Source of the DNA: a virus
Taxonomy: Duplodnaviria; Caudoviricetes
Virus record (IMG/VR): IMGVR_UViG_3300037067_012889
Span: 299,886 to 363,885 of that record
Length of the DNA stretch: 64,000 nucleotides
Strand: one strand, 5' to 3'
Part shown: piece by piece, positions 10,529 through 29,643 of the stretch
Position numbering within the stretch: position 1 is the stretch's first letter
How the letters are laid out: every line of letters starts with the position of its first letter
Made by a program: the position numbers and the translations under genes
Notes under the pieces: model-generated
Database searches by the model: none
The model's input: only the letters and a program-made list of their open reading frames with translations
Told to the model about the DNA's origin: nothing

Positions 10529-12163
10529 TTATAATTCTGCCTCTGCGGTCCAATGACAATTGCACCAACAACTAGCCAACAACGGCCCAACTGACGGAAG
10601 TTGGAAGCTCCTAAAAGCAGGAGATGCAGCTCCCGTTGCGTAATCGCCCTTGGCTACCCCTGAGTAATTCCATAAAGAAAACATCCAAATCGTACCAAGA
10701 GATTGAGAATATGTCGTGACGGTAGGTATCTTAAATTTCACCGCAGTGAAATCTTTCACGTTCGGAACAATAACATTCGTTGTTAGTGAACTTACTGAAA
10801 AAACTCCCGAAGAAGGACCCGCTGTCCCAGGCATCACATCGAGATCATAACTCTTCTCATAATATCTCTGACATAACGCCAACTCTTCCCCTATTGGTCT
10901 AGGATTCCAAGCACGTGCAGGACCGACATGGCAATCGACCTGTGTCAAACCAAACGAGTAACCTGTTATTGGAGATTCTGTCCAAAAGAAAACGATTAGA
11001 TTGTTGCAGGCACTACTTATTGTCGCTGATAAGCTAATTGGAGTAAGACTGCTTGTTACTACCGAAGAACCAACAGCGGCCACAACCAAATTGCTTGCTA
11101 AAAAGAAATTGTTTGGTGTGTAAGATGTACTAGTCCAATCTTTCACTACATCGCTTGTCACTGTATCTGCCACACCTGTCCATTCTAATATAGCATAACG
11201 TAAAACAAACGCTGGTGGAGCAGTAGTTGTCGCTTCGGCCTGCAAAATCACAGTTTGCCCACGTAATGGGAATGAATTAGCACCTTCAACAATTTGCAAC
11301 AAACCCATTCTTTGTGCTGTGGCATTGTTCTGTACTGCTAATCCTTCAAACGGCCCAGGTTGTGCTGGTGTACCAGTTGCTAAATTCCAACGCGTAGTTT
11401 CGATAGTTGTGGTTTGTGTTAAAGCTACCCAACGATCGAAACAATATGTATCGTCGACCGATGTGTAGTAATATCCGTATTCATTACGATTTCGTTGAAA
11501 GAAATCAAATCCGCCATTGATGATTACATTATCAATACCACTCGGACCAGTAGCACCAGAAAGACCAGTTAGGCCGGTCGAACCAATAGAACCCTGAGTA
11601 CCAACAGGGCCTGTAGCACCAGTTAATCCAGCCCCTGTAGCACCAATTAATCCAGTAGATCCACGCGGGCCTGTAGCACCAGTTAAACCAGTGCCCGTGG
11701 CTCCATTTGGTCCTGCAACTCCGGTGCTCCCCGTGGCTCCCGTTGGGCCTCCTAAAGGTCCCGTTGCACCTACCGGCCCAGTAGAGCCCGTCGCACCTGT
11801 CGGCCCACCGGCTGGCCCCGTCGCACCAGAAGCACCATCTACACCAGTTGCACCAACACTACCAGTCGCACCAGTCAAGCCAGTAGCACCAAGACCGGTA
11901 GCACCAAGACCGGTAGCACCAGTAGCACCGGTAGGACCACCCAATGGACCTGTGGCACCAGTATAGCCTGTCGCACCAGTAGCGCCTATTGAACCAGATC
12001 CACCAGAAACAGTCTTTTCAGAGCCATCAGAAAATCTCATATTAATAACTACTGTAGTATCACTACCTGTAGTTAGCCATTGATAGACAATATTTTCTGG
12101 CGGATTATCACCAAAAACAGGCGCTGATGTTAATTGTACTACTCTGAATTCTTTAAATTTCAT
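10529..12163 (-). CDS. Collagen-like tail fibre protein
   Basis: GAT/GLT triplets followed by [13 protein letters not shown]...DRW...[13 protein letters not shown], a common phage fibre C-terminal domain. Confidence 0.8.
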   Translation of the reverse strand: MKFKEFRVVQLTSAPVFGDNPPENIVYQWLTTGSDTTVVINMRFSDGSEKTVSGGSGSIGATGATGYTGATGPLGGPTGATGATGLGATGLGATGLTGATGSVGATGVDGASGATGPAGGPTGATGSTGPVGATGPLGGPTGATGSTGVAGPNGATGTGLTGATGPRGSTGLIGATGAGLTGATGPVGTQGSIGSTGLTGLSGATGPSGIDNVIINGGFDFFQRNRNEYGYYYTSVDDTYCFDRWVALTQTTTIETTRWNLATGTPAQPGPFEGLAVQNNATAQRMGLLQIVEGANSFPLRGQTVILQAEATTTAPPAFVLRYAILEWTGVADTVTSDVVKDWTSTSYTPNNFFLASNLVVAAVGSSVVTSSLTPISLSATISSACNNLIVFFWTESPITGYSFGLTQVDCHVGPARAWNPRPIGEELALCQRYYEKSYDLDVMPGTAGPSSGVFSVSSLTTNVIVPNVKDFTAVKFKIPTVTTYSQSLGTIWMFSLWNYSGVAKGDYATGAASPAFRSFQLPSVGPLLASCWCNCHWTAEAEL

Positions 12164-12165
12164 AG

Positions 12166-14742
<2,577 letters not shown>

Positions 14743-14799
14743 AATATACCTATACAGCTCGATGTATCGCTATCCTTATTATGTTTGGTTGTATAAAAT

Positions 14800-20715
<5,916 letters not shown>

Positions 20716-20853
20716 CTACAAATTATACATCGATAAGAATTTCGATGTTGCCGATCTAGAAGCCAACAACTAAAATTTGTTTTCTAACCAATAGCTGTTA
20801 GTATTATTTGATGGTATATAGCAATATATCTATTAGAGCAATCTGGGCAGAGA

Positions 20854-23664
20854 TCATTCGGCCTCGGATTGTACCTTGGACCAAGCAGCTTTGGTCCATA
20901 GAGGTTCGATAACAGTTCCTCTCTTTAGAACAAAACTATTGCGATCTGGATCGTACGTAACCCTTACTCTGATACCCCTATCTGGCTGTAATAACTTTTT
21001 AGTCTGATTTCTAATGTCTTGCTCCCAAACAAGTATCAAACAGGTCTTGCGGCCATCTGAAACTGTCATACGAAGCATGTCAGAACCTTTTTTAGTCTTG
21101 GCGTACATGACCTCCACTATTACGCCTTCCAAACAATCATTAATTTTCGATTTATCAACAGTATGATCACCACTAACTTTATATAGATCAATAGGAGAGT
21201 GCCAATGATATCCTAAAAATTGCTTCTCGAACTGCAACACTCTAGAAAATTCATAATCATCCTGATACAGAGACATAATATCTTCACGAGTAGCCTTTAT
21301 AGTAGGACGCCAATTTTCCATTTTCTTCGGAATCTTGCGCTTTGGAAACTGCCGCTTGAATTCGACTATTTGACGCTCTCGCTCAACCAAGATTGTCGCC
21401 TCAGTCCAATTAGCATTGGCTATAAGGCGACGCATATTGCAATCTTTTAATATCTTGACCGGATAGCTGAATGTTTTTAATTTTGGCTTAGTTTCTAATT
21501 GTTTAGCTTTCGATGCTGCCAGCTCGGCTTGTGCCTGTTCATCAATATTGTCAAATTCAAAATCTTCAACTGCACCGGAACCATAAGCGTGCAAATACCA
21601 CATCCACGTAGCTCTCTTATTGGGATGTAGTCGCGAAAATGCACCAAGTTTGATAAGACGCTCGAAAAGAATCTTGCTTTTACCTTTTTTGGTGATAAAA
21701 TCATCTATATCGGTATATTCGTTGCCGCCAACCTCGTCAATAAAACTATCAGCAGCTTTATCTCCTATTTTCTTCAAGCTTGTCAAACCAAGTGCGATAT
21801 GCTTATTAACATTTGGACCAGAATGTGCAGTAGGCTTAGATGTTAATTTCTTTATATCAATTTCACCAAATTCGATACCTTCACCACGAGCCGCAGACAT
21901 GTATCGTTCTAGAGCCTTTTGATCACATAGGCCCATTACACTGGCCCACCACTCCTCAGGATAATGAGCTTTAAGCCATAAACAACGATAAGCCCATAGG
22001 CAATAGCAGATAGCATGGCTTAAATTGAAGGCATATCGACCAAACGTTTCCATCTTATCCCAATATTCATGTGCCTTCGATTCACCTATCTTTTTACTAG
22101 CGCCTACTATCCAATGTTCTCTAACAGGTTTCAACTTATCCTTCCATTTCTTGGCCACCGCTTTTCTAGCATCCTGTGATTCCGGCCCTGTAAATCCGGC
22201 AACCCTCTGCCAAATGGAAGTTAACTGCTCTTGGAACACAATTACACCACTAGTCGGCTTTAATATTTCGATAATGGCCTCGTGTTCACCCCTAGACCAA
22301 CTATTTGCTACATCATCTCGATTTTTAACATAATCCGGAATGCTTTGCATTGGTCCTGGGTGACCCATCGCATTGAAAATCAATAAGTCGTGAAAGCTCT
22401 TAACGCCGTTCGACAATGTTCTCTTAGCTAGTTCTGTGTCGAACTGAAAAATGCTGTCTGTTAATGACTCGTTGGCGAGTTTCAATGCTGCTCGATCGTT
22501 GAGCGATATAGATATTTTCTTACCGTCTTCCCAATAGTAACCAGCAATATCGTCATTCGGATCAGATTCATCCCATCCTTCCAATTGATCGCCGAAAGAT
22601 ATGCCATGATTCTCTCTAATCATTTCACAGCACGTCTTAATATATGCTAAATTCTTTAGACCAAGCATGTCCCACTTCAAATAGCCAAATTTCGATAACT
22701 GTGTGCTATGGCCCTCTGTCCAAATGCTAACCCACTGATCTGTTTTGCTATCGTATTGCATCGGTACGTTGCCAAATAGATCGCGGTCGGCGATAATGAT
22801 ACCGCCAGCATGTTTACCAGCATGCTTCAAACGACCAACCAATCGAATAGCTGTATCGATGACCTGCCTGTGTTTTTCTTTGCTTTCTGATATGAATTTT
22901 TCTATTTCTGGATAATCACGCAAAATCATTGCGATGGTCGGCGTATCTGTATCGCCACTGCCACATTTAGGGCATTTTAATTCTTTGTGCTTAAAACCGC
23001 ATTCTTTTTCTGGACCGTCTCCATCACGAACACGGCCCTTGCATGCACCTAAACCTCCCTCACGCATAGTATTGACATCGTCTGGAAGGTCTTTTGTTAA
23101 TACAACAGCTCTATTCTTAATTCCAACACCATGTTGGCTGCCGCCCTCTAACTTATCTAGCCCGAGAGCTGTATATGCGTCTGCGATAGCCTGCTTAAAA
23201 AGATAGGTCTGCCAAGTACCGACACTAGCCACATTGTTCTCACCATATCGCTCGGCAGCATAGCTTTTTATTTTATTTCTGGCTTCTGGTAGACAGTCGA
23301 TATCGATATCTGGTTTATCGTCGTCTTGACGAATATCGGCTGGTAGCTTTCCAGTCTTTTTTATAATTGCTTGCACATCGTCATACTTTGCACTAAGCAT
23401 CAGAGGTCCATCTCTATGTGCAATTGGATCTTTATCAGCGTCACCAACAAATCGCTTGAGCAGCCATGGTAACAAGAGTTGATTTGGATTTTTATCGTAC
23501 TTCCTACCAGACTCCATCAAATCTTCGTAATACCTTTGGGCTCCTTGCATACGAACTTGGTCTAGCTCAAAATTTAGCCGTTTGGTGTAGATTTCAGGTA
23601 ACCCTAACTTTTTGATACGTCCGTGCGCCGCTGCAGCAAGAGTCTCAAAACTATACTTTCCCAT
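20854..23664 (-). CDS. dnaE: DNA polymerase III alpha, catalytic part (palm, thumb, fingers, OB) of a split DnaE
   Basis: PDIDID, GKHAGG, KWDMLGL, IFQF, VIVFQEQL, YAFNLSHA, LKAHYP. Confidence 0.9.
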   Translation of the reverse strand: MGKYSFETLAAAAHGRIKKLGLPEIYTKRLNFELDQVRMQGAQRYYEDLMESGRKYDKNPNQLLLPWLLKRFVGDADKDPIAHRDGPLMLSAKYDDVQAIIKKTGKLPADIRQDDDKPDIDIDCLPEARNKIKSYAAERYGENNVASVGTWQTYLFKQAIADAYTALGLDKLEGGSQHGVGIKNRAVVLTKDLPDDVNTMREGGLGACKGRVRDGDGPEKECGFKHKELKCPKCGSGDTDTPTIAMILRDYPEIEKFISESKEKHRQVIDTAIRLVGRLKHAGKHAGGIIIADRDLFGNVPMQYDSKTDQWVSIWTEGHSTQLSKFGYLKWDMLGLKNLAYIKTCCEMIRENHGISFGDQLEGWDESDPNDDIAGYYWEDGKKISISLNDRAALKLANESLTDSIFQFDTELAKRTLSNGVKSFHDLLIFNAMGHPGPMQSIPDYVKNRDDVANSWSRGEHEAIIEILKPTSGVIVFQEQLTSIWQRVAGFTGPESQDARKAVAKKWKDKLKPVREHWIVGASKKIGESKAHEYWDKMETFGRYAFNLSHAICYCLWAYRCLWLKAHYPEEWWASVMGLCDQKALERYMSAARGEGIEFGEIDIKKLTSKPTAHSGPNVNKHIALGLTSLKKIGDKAADSFIDEVGGNEYTDIDDFITKKGKSKILFERLIKLGAFSRLHPNKRATWMWYLHAYGSGAVEDFEFDNIDEQAQAELAASKAKQLETKPKLKTFSYPVKILKDCNMRRLIANANWTEATILVERERQIVEFKRQFPKRKIPKKMENWRPTIKATREDIMSLYQDDYEFSRVLQFEKQFLGYHWHSPIDLYKVSGDHTVDKSKINDCLEGVIVEVMYAKTKKGSDMLRMTVSDGRKTCLILVWEQDIRNQTKKLLQPDRGIRVRVTYDPDRNSFVLKRGTVIEPLWTKAAWSKVQSEAE

Positions 23665-23682
23665 AATATTTCTGTTTTCAAA

Positions 23683-24174
23683 TCACTTGATAATTGTTCC
23701 ACTATCACTACCAACTGTAGTTTCGGCAGCTGTCTTTGCCACGTCTAAAATCTGCTGCATTTGTTCTTTTTCACCAATCTGAACAGTTAAATCAGTGAAA
23801 AGATCAGCTTTCTCACGTAAACGACGTATCAATTCGGCGTTCTTCTTTGGTTCTATTTTGTACTTATCACCATCACGCTCCATTAGTTGCGCCACATATG
23901 GTGTTACAAACAAAACAACCGGACTTTTGCGCAATTGTAATACTGGATGTGCCTTTATACTCATCAAACCAAGTATCGCCGCTTTAATATCACACTGCGG
24001 CTTAGTACTGTCACCTACCGGTTCACTAATTACTCTGATAGCTTCTCGTCCATGGCTATCGATATGCTGTAGCCTAGCGGTAGCAGCACCACGCTGCTCT
24101 GGCTTGCCATTATCGACACTAAAACCACATGCAAATATTTCAATCTTCATTTCATTTTCCAAGTTTCTTGCCAT
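23683..24174 (-). CDS. RNase HI-fold protein with degenerate active site
   Basis: IEIFACG...STKPQCDIKAAILGL...VLFVTPYV...KNAELIRRL aligns by eye to RNase HI. Confidence 0.55.
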   Translation of the reverse strand: MARNLENEMKIEIFACGFSVDNGKPEQRGAATARLQHIDSHGREAIRVISEPVGDSTKPQCDIKAAILGLMSIKAHPVLQLRKSPVVLFVTPYVAQLMERDGDKYKIEPKKNAELIRRLREKADLFTDLTVQIGEKEQMQQILDVAKTAAETTVGSDSGTIIK

Positions 24175-24571
24175 TACCGTCAGTGAGTTGCGGATATTCT
24201 TTATGTGTAATATCTGCTAAACCGGTAATGGCTATACCAAGCACTTTAAAAAACACTTCACAACGACTACCTATATCAAGCGATTCCGTCACTTTCAGAC
24301 AGTCAGTTATGCTTTGTAAACAAGCATCTGATGATGGACGCAATCCATCTAATCTATCCTTTATTCCAAGTATTGAGGCTTCAAGGATAGCAGACGTAAA
24401 ATTGTCCAGACTTCTAGCTTGTAATTCTTCTCCGGGCGGTAGGGTGCCAATAAATTCAACAAAGCTCAAACATAACTGACAAGTTAATGGTCGAGGTTCA
24501 CCAATTAACAGCAGATAATCTGATACCGCCGCATGCAATGATCGAAGAGATTCAGTATACACGTTCTTCAT
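24152..24571 (-). CDS. Hypothetical protein
   Basis: 139-aa ORF in the dnaE operon. Confidence 0.55.
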   Translation of the reverse strand: MKNVYTESLRSLHAAVSDYLLLIGEPRPLTCQLCLSFVEFIGTLPPGEELQARSLDNFTSAILEASILGIKDRLDGLRPSSDACLQSITDCLKVTESLDIGSRCEVFFKVLGIAITGLADITHKEYPQLTDGNGKKLGK

Positions 24572-24572
24572 A

Positions 24573-26015
24573 TTAGTCTATTTTGGTTTTTAGCATGTAT
24601 CCGCCACGAGAGCTTGCTAGAAATCGATCAAACGACATGCCCCATGCTAGTGAATTTAAAGTATGGATACCAAGAAGATGGCATACAAATGATCCTGCGG
24701 CCGAACCACGTGGTCCAAACGGCCAACCTTGCTTTCTTCCCCATTGAATTAAATCTCTCGTTATCAAGAAATAACTAGAAAATCCTTTGTCGATAAATCT
24801 ATTAAGCTCAATTTCGACCTGCTCCGCATATGTCACTTCACGTCCATCCGAAGACCATTTTCTTGTGTCTTTATCCCATCCACGCTTTCTAAGCTCTGCA
24901 TATACAATTTCAGCTAATTTCTTATTAGCATCGACTCCCTTCTCAATATCGGACCATTTTGGAATCTTTGGGGAAGTATCCGGAGCAGGTTTTTCACATC
25001 GTTCCGCTATCAACAATGTATTATCACACAATTCCTCGAATTTAGCATTATCTATCTTATGCGAATAGCCGCGATTTTTAAAAGTCGCCCACAAATCACC
25101 CCGTGACTTCAAATATTGTTCTTCACTTTGAGATTGAAACATATTTGGGTCGTAAATGCTAGTCTTTTGATCGACTGCCATCATAACTCTTTGTAAGTAA
25201 GAGTCTTCACGTATAAGATAATGAGCATCGTTAGCGATAACCGGCTTAATACCGTACATATCAGCCAACTCAATTAACTTGCGAAATACTCTAACATCAT
25301 GCACCGCAACATTATTTTCTAACAATCCAGTATCCGGCAGACACGGCATTTGCACTTCCATAAAGAAGTCTTCGCCAAAAACCTCTTTGAATTTTTTAAT
25401 ATATTGCACGGCTGTCAGATCACGATCAGCAACACGTGGATGCGGTTTTTTCTCCCTTATTAAATTGTCAATATCTAACCTAATCTCATATGCAACTGGC
25501 CCATTTACGCATCCAGATAATACGATTAAACCTTCTTTATACTCACACAGCTTCTCTAACCAGATGCGCGGTTTACGATAAAAACCGAATTTGTTCGCTA
25601 ATGTCGTTAACTTAATTAAATTGGCGACACCAGTAGCATTCTTACAAAGAATGGTCATGTGTCGATTGCGCCCAATGCGCTGTTTAAGATCGACATCCAT
25701 ACCCTTCTGTTTAACACCCTGTGTATCTAGATCTCTACGCAGTTGCTCGTAGTCATTGAAATATATTTCACAACCCGGAATATATTTCAATCCTCGCTTC
25801 TTAAAAGCGAAGTACATATCTGGAAAGGACGCCATATGCCCATGCTCTGTAGCCGCCATTGCCGGGAATCCGGACTGAATACATGCATCGGCATATTGTT
25901 CTGCTGACGGAACACCATCTAGAGACGACGATAAGCTGTGCACATGAAGATGTACGAACTCTTTTGGTCCAGTATATTGCGTTGATTCAACTTCTTCTTG
26001 CATAATTGTGTTCAA
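24573..26015 (-). CDS. dnaE: DNA polymerase III alpha, N-terminal PHP part of a split DnaE
   Basis: FVHLHVHS, TEHG, GCEIY, LSGCVNG, NDAHY, RGSAAGS, FDRFL. Confidence 0.9.
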   Translation of the reverse strand: MNTIMQEEVESTQYTGPKEFVHLHVHSLSSSLDGVPSAEQYADACIQSGFPAMAATEHGHMASFPDMYFAFKKRGLKYIPGCEIYFNDYEQLRRDLDTQGVKQKGMDVDLKQRIGRNRHMTILCKNATGVANLIKLTTLANKFGFYRKPRIWLEKLCEYKEGLIVLSGCVNGPVAYEIRLDIDNLIREKKPHPRVADRDLTAVQYIKKFKEVFGEDFFMEVQMPCLPDTGLLENNVAVHDVRVFRKLIELADMYGIKPVIANDAHYLIREDSYLQRVMMAVDQKTSIYDPNMFQSQSEEQYLKSRGDLWATFKNRGYSHKIDNAKFEELCDNTLLIAERCEKPAPDTSPKIPKWSDIEKGVDANKKLAEIVYAELRKRGWDKDTRKWSSDGREVTYAEQVEIELNRFIDKGFSSYFLITRDLIQWGRKQGWPFGPRGSAAGSFVCHLLGIHTLNSLAWGMSFDRFLASSRGGYMLKTKID

Positions 26016-27082
26016 GATGTCTCAGCCGCTATGAGGCAACCCTCACTAACAGCAAACAGCGGATCTTTACATCGCTTCACTTTATTAATGGCAAATGGTG
26101 GTTTTTCTTCTTGGAATAGCTGGGCTACCATTCCTTCGAAGCCAACCGGACACGATGTGCCACCGGCCATAAATACGTCGATGGGCTTATCCATTCGAGC
26201 GCTCGTTTCATTATCAACAAAACCTTGAACGATACCACGAATAACATTCTGAATAAGAATCCTGTAATGTAAAACAATATCTAGTTCAAGTCGAGTCGTA
26301 TAATTTTGTGTAAGATCGAGTTTCTCCTTCACACGACAAACCGTCGTTGGAGTTTCTGCGGATTTCTTATATAGCATGTTCGGATCATAGCCGTGCCGCT
26401 TAGCAACCTCAGAATCAATCCAGTCGCCAGCACCGACCCAGCTAAATGAATAAATCTCATTGCCCCATAGAACATAACTAACTGTAACAGTACCAGCACC
26501 CCAAGAAATACCAATACCAGTCGCATCTGGCGTTTCTTTTAACACCAATGCGTGAGATTCCTTTATCGAGCTGGTTATAATTTTCGATTCAGTCTGATAG
26601 CCAGAAATAATTAAATTAATAACTTGCTGATGGTAATCAATATTCATCGCATGATTAAGCGCCTTCGCCGTAGTGCAATAGCATAATTTAACTTCTGGAT
26701 CAAATGTGCCAGCATCATGCTCCGACATTGATAGTAAACCTTGGACAATACTAGATAGCACCATTAAAGCAGCTTCGTCAGCGGCAACACCACCTTCGGC
26801 CATTGGCCGTAACAATGTACTGTTATGTGCATATGCTAATTCTTCTGCATCCTTGCCAAGCACATAAATTCCATCCTTGCCATCAAGATGGATCCACTTC
26901 GCTTGGCGTTTAGTACCATCTGATCTCGTCTTATTTGGATCGTCGAGCATATTCTCTATGAATTTACTCGGTCGTGGGATAAGATAATAGCCGTTGATTT
27001 CTTTTAGAAAAACCAGTTTATTGTTGTGTCGAAATGATACAACTATATTCTTGGTCCCAATATCGATACCAATTGCATTCAC
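26012..27082 (-). CDS. Actin-like ATPase (MreB/MamK/ParM superfamily)
   Basis: IGIDIGTKN (phosphate 1), LLRPMAEG, GISWGAGTV (phosphate 2), MAGGTS (adenosine). GTG at 27082 has an AGGAG RBS; the ORF-track start at 27391 overlaps the upstream gene. Confidence 0.8.
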   Translation of the reverse strand: MNAIGIDIGTKNIVVSFRHNNKLVFLKEINGYYLIPRPSKFIENMLDDPNKTRSDGTKRQAKWIHLDGKDGIYVLGKDAEELAYAHNSTLLRPMAEGGVAADEAALMVLSSIVQGLLSMSEHDAGTFDPEVKLCYCTTAKALNHAMNIDYHQQVINLIISGYQTESKIITSSIKESHALVLKETPDATGIGISWGAGTVTVSYVLWGNEIYSFSWVGAGDWIDSEVAKRHGYDPNMLYKKSAETPTTVCRVKEKLDLTQNYTTRLELDIVLHYRILIQNVIRGIVQGFVDNETSARMDKPIDVFMAGGTSCPVGFEGMVAQLFQEEKPPFAINKVKRCKDPLFAVSEGCLIAAETS

Positions 27083-27149
27083 TGCTGCTCTCCTAATTGT
27101 ACAGTCATCACCCAATCCAAATACAAAAGATGATTGCTCTAACTCATCA

Positions 27150-27479
27150 TCATTGACCACGTTTAGTGACGACTTTTGTTCCGAATCCGCCTTTGGGGAT
27201 GGGTGGTCGACCAATTGATGGCGCAAGAGCTTCTGGGGGAAGATCTGGCGCATTGAGAAATGGAGTGGAAATAGGCTGCTCGGTGGCATTAACAGCTCGC
27301 GCTGCAATTCTTTGCTCTCCGGTATATGCTCCGGTGGCAGCTTTCGTAATCGGTCTTTCCATGTTGCGACTATCAAATGTTGTCCTAACAAATTCCTTGT
27401 AGATCAACAAGACCAATCCAAGAGACACCAACGCAACGACCAGTGCTATTAACGCTACAAATAGCGCCGCGACATCCAT
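27150..27479 (-). CDS. Single-pass membrane protein
   Basis: Hydrophobic N-terminal helix VAALFVALIALVVALVSLGLVLLIY. Confidence 0.65.
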   Translation of the reverse strand: MDVAALFVALIALVVALVSLGLVLLIYKEFVRTTFDSRNMERPITKAATGAYTGEQRIAARAVNATEQPISTPFLNAPDLPPEALAPSIGRPPIPKGGFGTKVVTKRGQ

Positions 27480-27481
27480 AT

Positions 27482-28978
27482 CTACTGAGGTCCTGTTGTT
27501 TTTTGCATATATTCATACCGCAATAAAGAAATATTCCATTTCTTAAGTGGATCAAACAGCATATTATATCCTCTGTTGATGCGAGCAATATAATTTTCTG
27601 TATCTTTGTTATTGGGCCAATATTTTCCATGATTATATTGTGGAACTAAAGTGGTATGACTACGCCCATCGGGAGCCAATTTAGCATCACAACCAAATAG
27701 AGTAATCGTCTTCGCACCCATGAATGCAGCTATATGTATAGCAGTATGGACGGTTGAAGCATGATGGAAAAATGGCTGATCCTTATTATTTAAGCAAGAA
27801 TCACAGTCTTGCTGACCAAGTTCGTAAGTTATACAATCAGCAAATTTTGATGACGGTGCAACGGACGTTATACCAGCACCTGTCTTCAATTTTTTCGGAA
27901 TAAGCAATTGTCTCGGGTTATATCGTTTAGCATCTATAACCGCCTCGGCTGGTTTTAGATCATGAAACACAACATAATCACATCCAAATACTAGCGCGTT
28001 ATAATTCACACCTATCACGACATCGAAGTCGTCTAATATCCCAGCAGTAACATGATCTAACGACGGGCCAGCACCCAATATAGCGATACGAGCATTGGCA
28101 TGTTTGTTTTTTAATAGCTCTATGCCCTGCAAATCTGGCAAAAAATTATCAAGAAACCACTGAAATGGTCTTTTCTGAATTCTATTGCGTATGGCTACAC
28201 GCTCCGTTATATCGCCAAACTTAATATCTCCTGGTTTTTTTCTAATAGATTGATAAAATAATTTCTTATAATCATCGAACCATACTTCCGCTATACGTGC
28301 CTTATTCTGCTCTAATGTGGGCGTATCAAATTCATAATTGAATTTGGTTTTAAACCAATGTGCAGCTACAGAATCGCGAACTACTTCAACAGATCCACCA
28401 GCAAGCCATGTTCGAAGAGAAAATTCGATATTTTCACAACCCCACTTATACATACCGGTGTCAAATCCACCAGTTTCTTCCCACCATCGCTTTGTGAATG
28501 CAAAACAATGACCAGCGAACGCTGGCATCATATCGGTGCCATCATCAGATATCCAATTAAAATCGAGATTCCATCTCCAACCAGTCTTAGCATAAGCAGC
28601 TGTAGTCTCCACCCAATTCGGTGCATCAAGCCCTCTAGTTAACGGTACAGCAACACAATTGTACCGTTGTGTTAGTCGTTCAATAATTGGTGGTAACCAA
28701 CCCGGCGCTACCTTTATATGCGGATCCATCGACACCACAATCGGAGACTGCGCAAGCGCAGTACCGGTGTTCCGTGATCGTATAAGACCTTCACGCATCT
28801 CATTACGCACAACGACCACATTTGGTCTATCGATTGCAACCGGAACCTTACTGCAATCATCAATAATTATGATTTTGTCAATAAGTCCGGCTGGTGTGTT
28901 TTCAGTAATCGTATCTATCGTCTTTTCAGTATAATCTTCATTCAACACCGACATAACAATTGTTGCTGTAGACATCAT
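27482..28978 (-). CDS. Polypeptide GalNAc-transferase-like GT-A domain fused to a MAF/DUF115-like domain
   Basis: IIIDDCS, REGLIRSRNTG, DPH, GGFDTGMYKWGCENIEFSLRTWLAGG; C-terminal ILGAGPSL...STVHTAIHIAAFMGAKTITLFGCD. Confidence 0.8.
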   Translation of the reverse strand: MMSTATIVMSVLNEDYTEKTIDTITENTPAGLIDKIIIIDDCSKVPVAIDRPNVVVVRNEMREGLIRSRNTGTALAQSPIVVSMDPHIKVAPGWLPPIIERLTQRYNCVAVPLTRGLDAPNWVETTAAYAKTGWRWNLDFNWISDDGTDMMPAFAGHCFAFTKRWWEETGGFDTGMYKWGCENIEFSLRTWLAGGSVEVVRDSVAAHWFKTKFNYEFDTPTLEQNKARIAEVWFDDYKKLFYQSIRKKPGDIKFGDITERVAIRNRIQKRPFQWFLDNFLPDLQGIELLKNKHANARIAILGAGPSLDHVTAGILDDFDVVIGVNYNALVFGCDYVVFHDLKPAEAVIDAKRYNPRQLLIPKKLKTGAGITSVAPSSKFADCITYELGQQDCDSCLNNKDQPFFHHASTVHTAIHIAAFMGAKTITLFGCDAKLAPDGRSHTTLVPQYNHGKYWPNNKDTENYIARINRGYNMLFDPLKKWNISLLRYEYMQKTTGPQ

Positions 28979-28983
28979 AACCC

Positions 28984-29643
28984 CTAAACAACATGAAGCG
29001 TTGTATTGCCGACAATCTCGATTTTGACCCCACGTTTCCTTACTTCATTAATTACCGTGCTCATTGTTATGCGCTGACTTTCTGATATACTTCCCGGCCT
29101 TCTAGTATGATAAAAATAATGATTGCCAATATTAGTAAATCCACAGCCATACAGAACAATTTTAGAAGCACCCATCACATATGCCAATTGTACGGCACAG
29201 CAAGATATCGTCCCGCCAAACATCAAATAATTCATATCTTTTTTAAGCCTATCTAACTTATACCACTTATACATAAAAGTCCGATGTGGACTAACAGGAC
29301 AAGGTAACTGTATAGTATTTTGTTTGGCAGTAACAACAGCTATTCTCGTTATACCCGGATATGACTCGTCTGGATAAAGAATTTTATCAGACGAAGCAAT
29401 CATTTTCGCTATCACTCTAGTATCAGAACAATCAATATTGAACCAATCATATGTTGGTGATTTAACATCACCACACATAAAGTAATTAAAACGCTTTCCT
29501 AATTTAGCAGCACCATTGACACCGATCGATATATCTGTTTTATTCTCAACAAAGTCAATAGCTGTCGGCCCAGATCCGACAATAGCAATTGTCATACCTG
29601 CGTGAATGTTACGAAGCGTTTTAATCATTCCTCTTCGAACCAT
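28984..29643 (-). CDS. MAF/DUF115-like sugar-transferase fold protein
   Basis: IVGSGPT, IGVN, TISCCAVQLAYVMGASKIVLYGC. Confidence 0.65.
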   Translation of the reverse strand: MVRRGMIKTLRNIHAGMTIAIVGSGPTAIDFVENKTDISIGVNGAAKLGKRFNYFMCGDVKSPTYDWFNIDCSDTRVIAKMIASSDKILYPDESYPGITRIAVVTAKQNTIQLPCPVSPHRTFMYKWYKLDRLKKDMNYLMFGGTISCCAVQLAYVMGASKIVLYGCGFTNIGNHYFYHTRRPGSISESQRITMSTVINEVRKRGVKIEIVGNTTLHVV

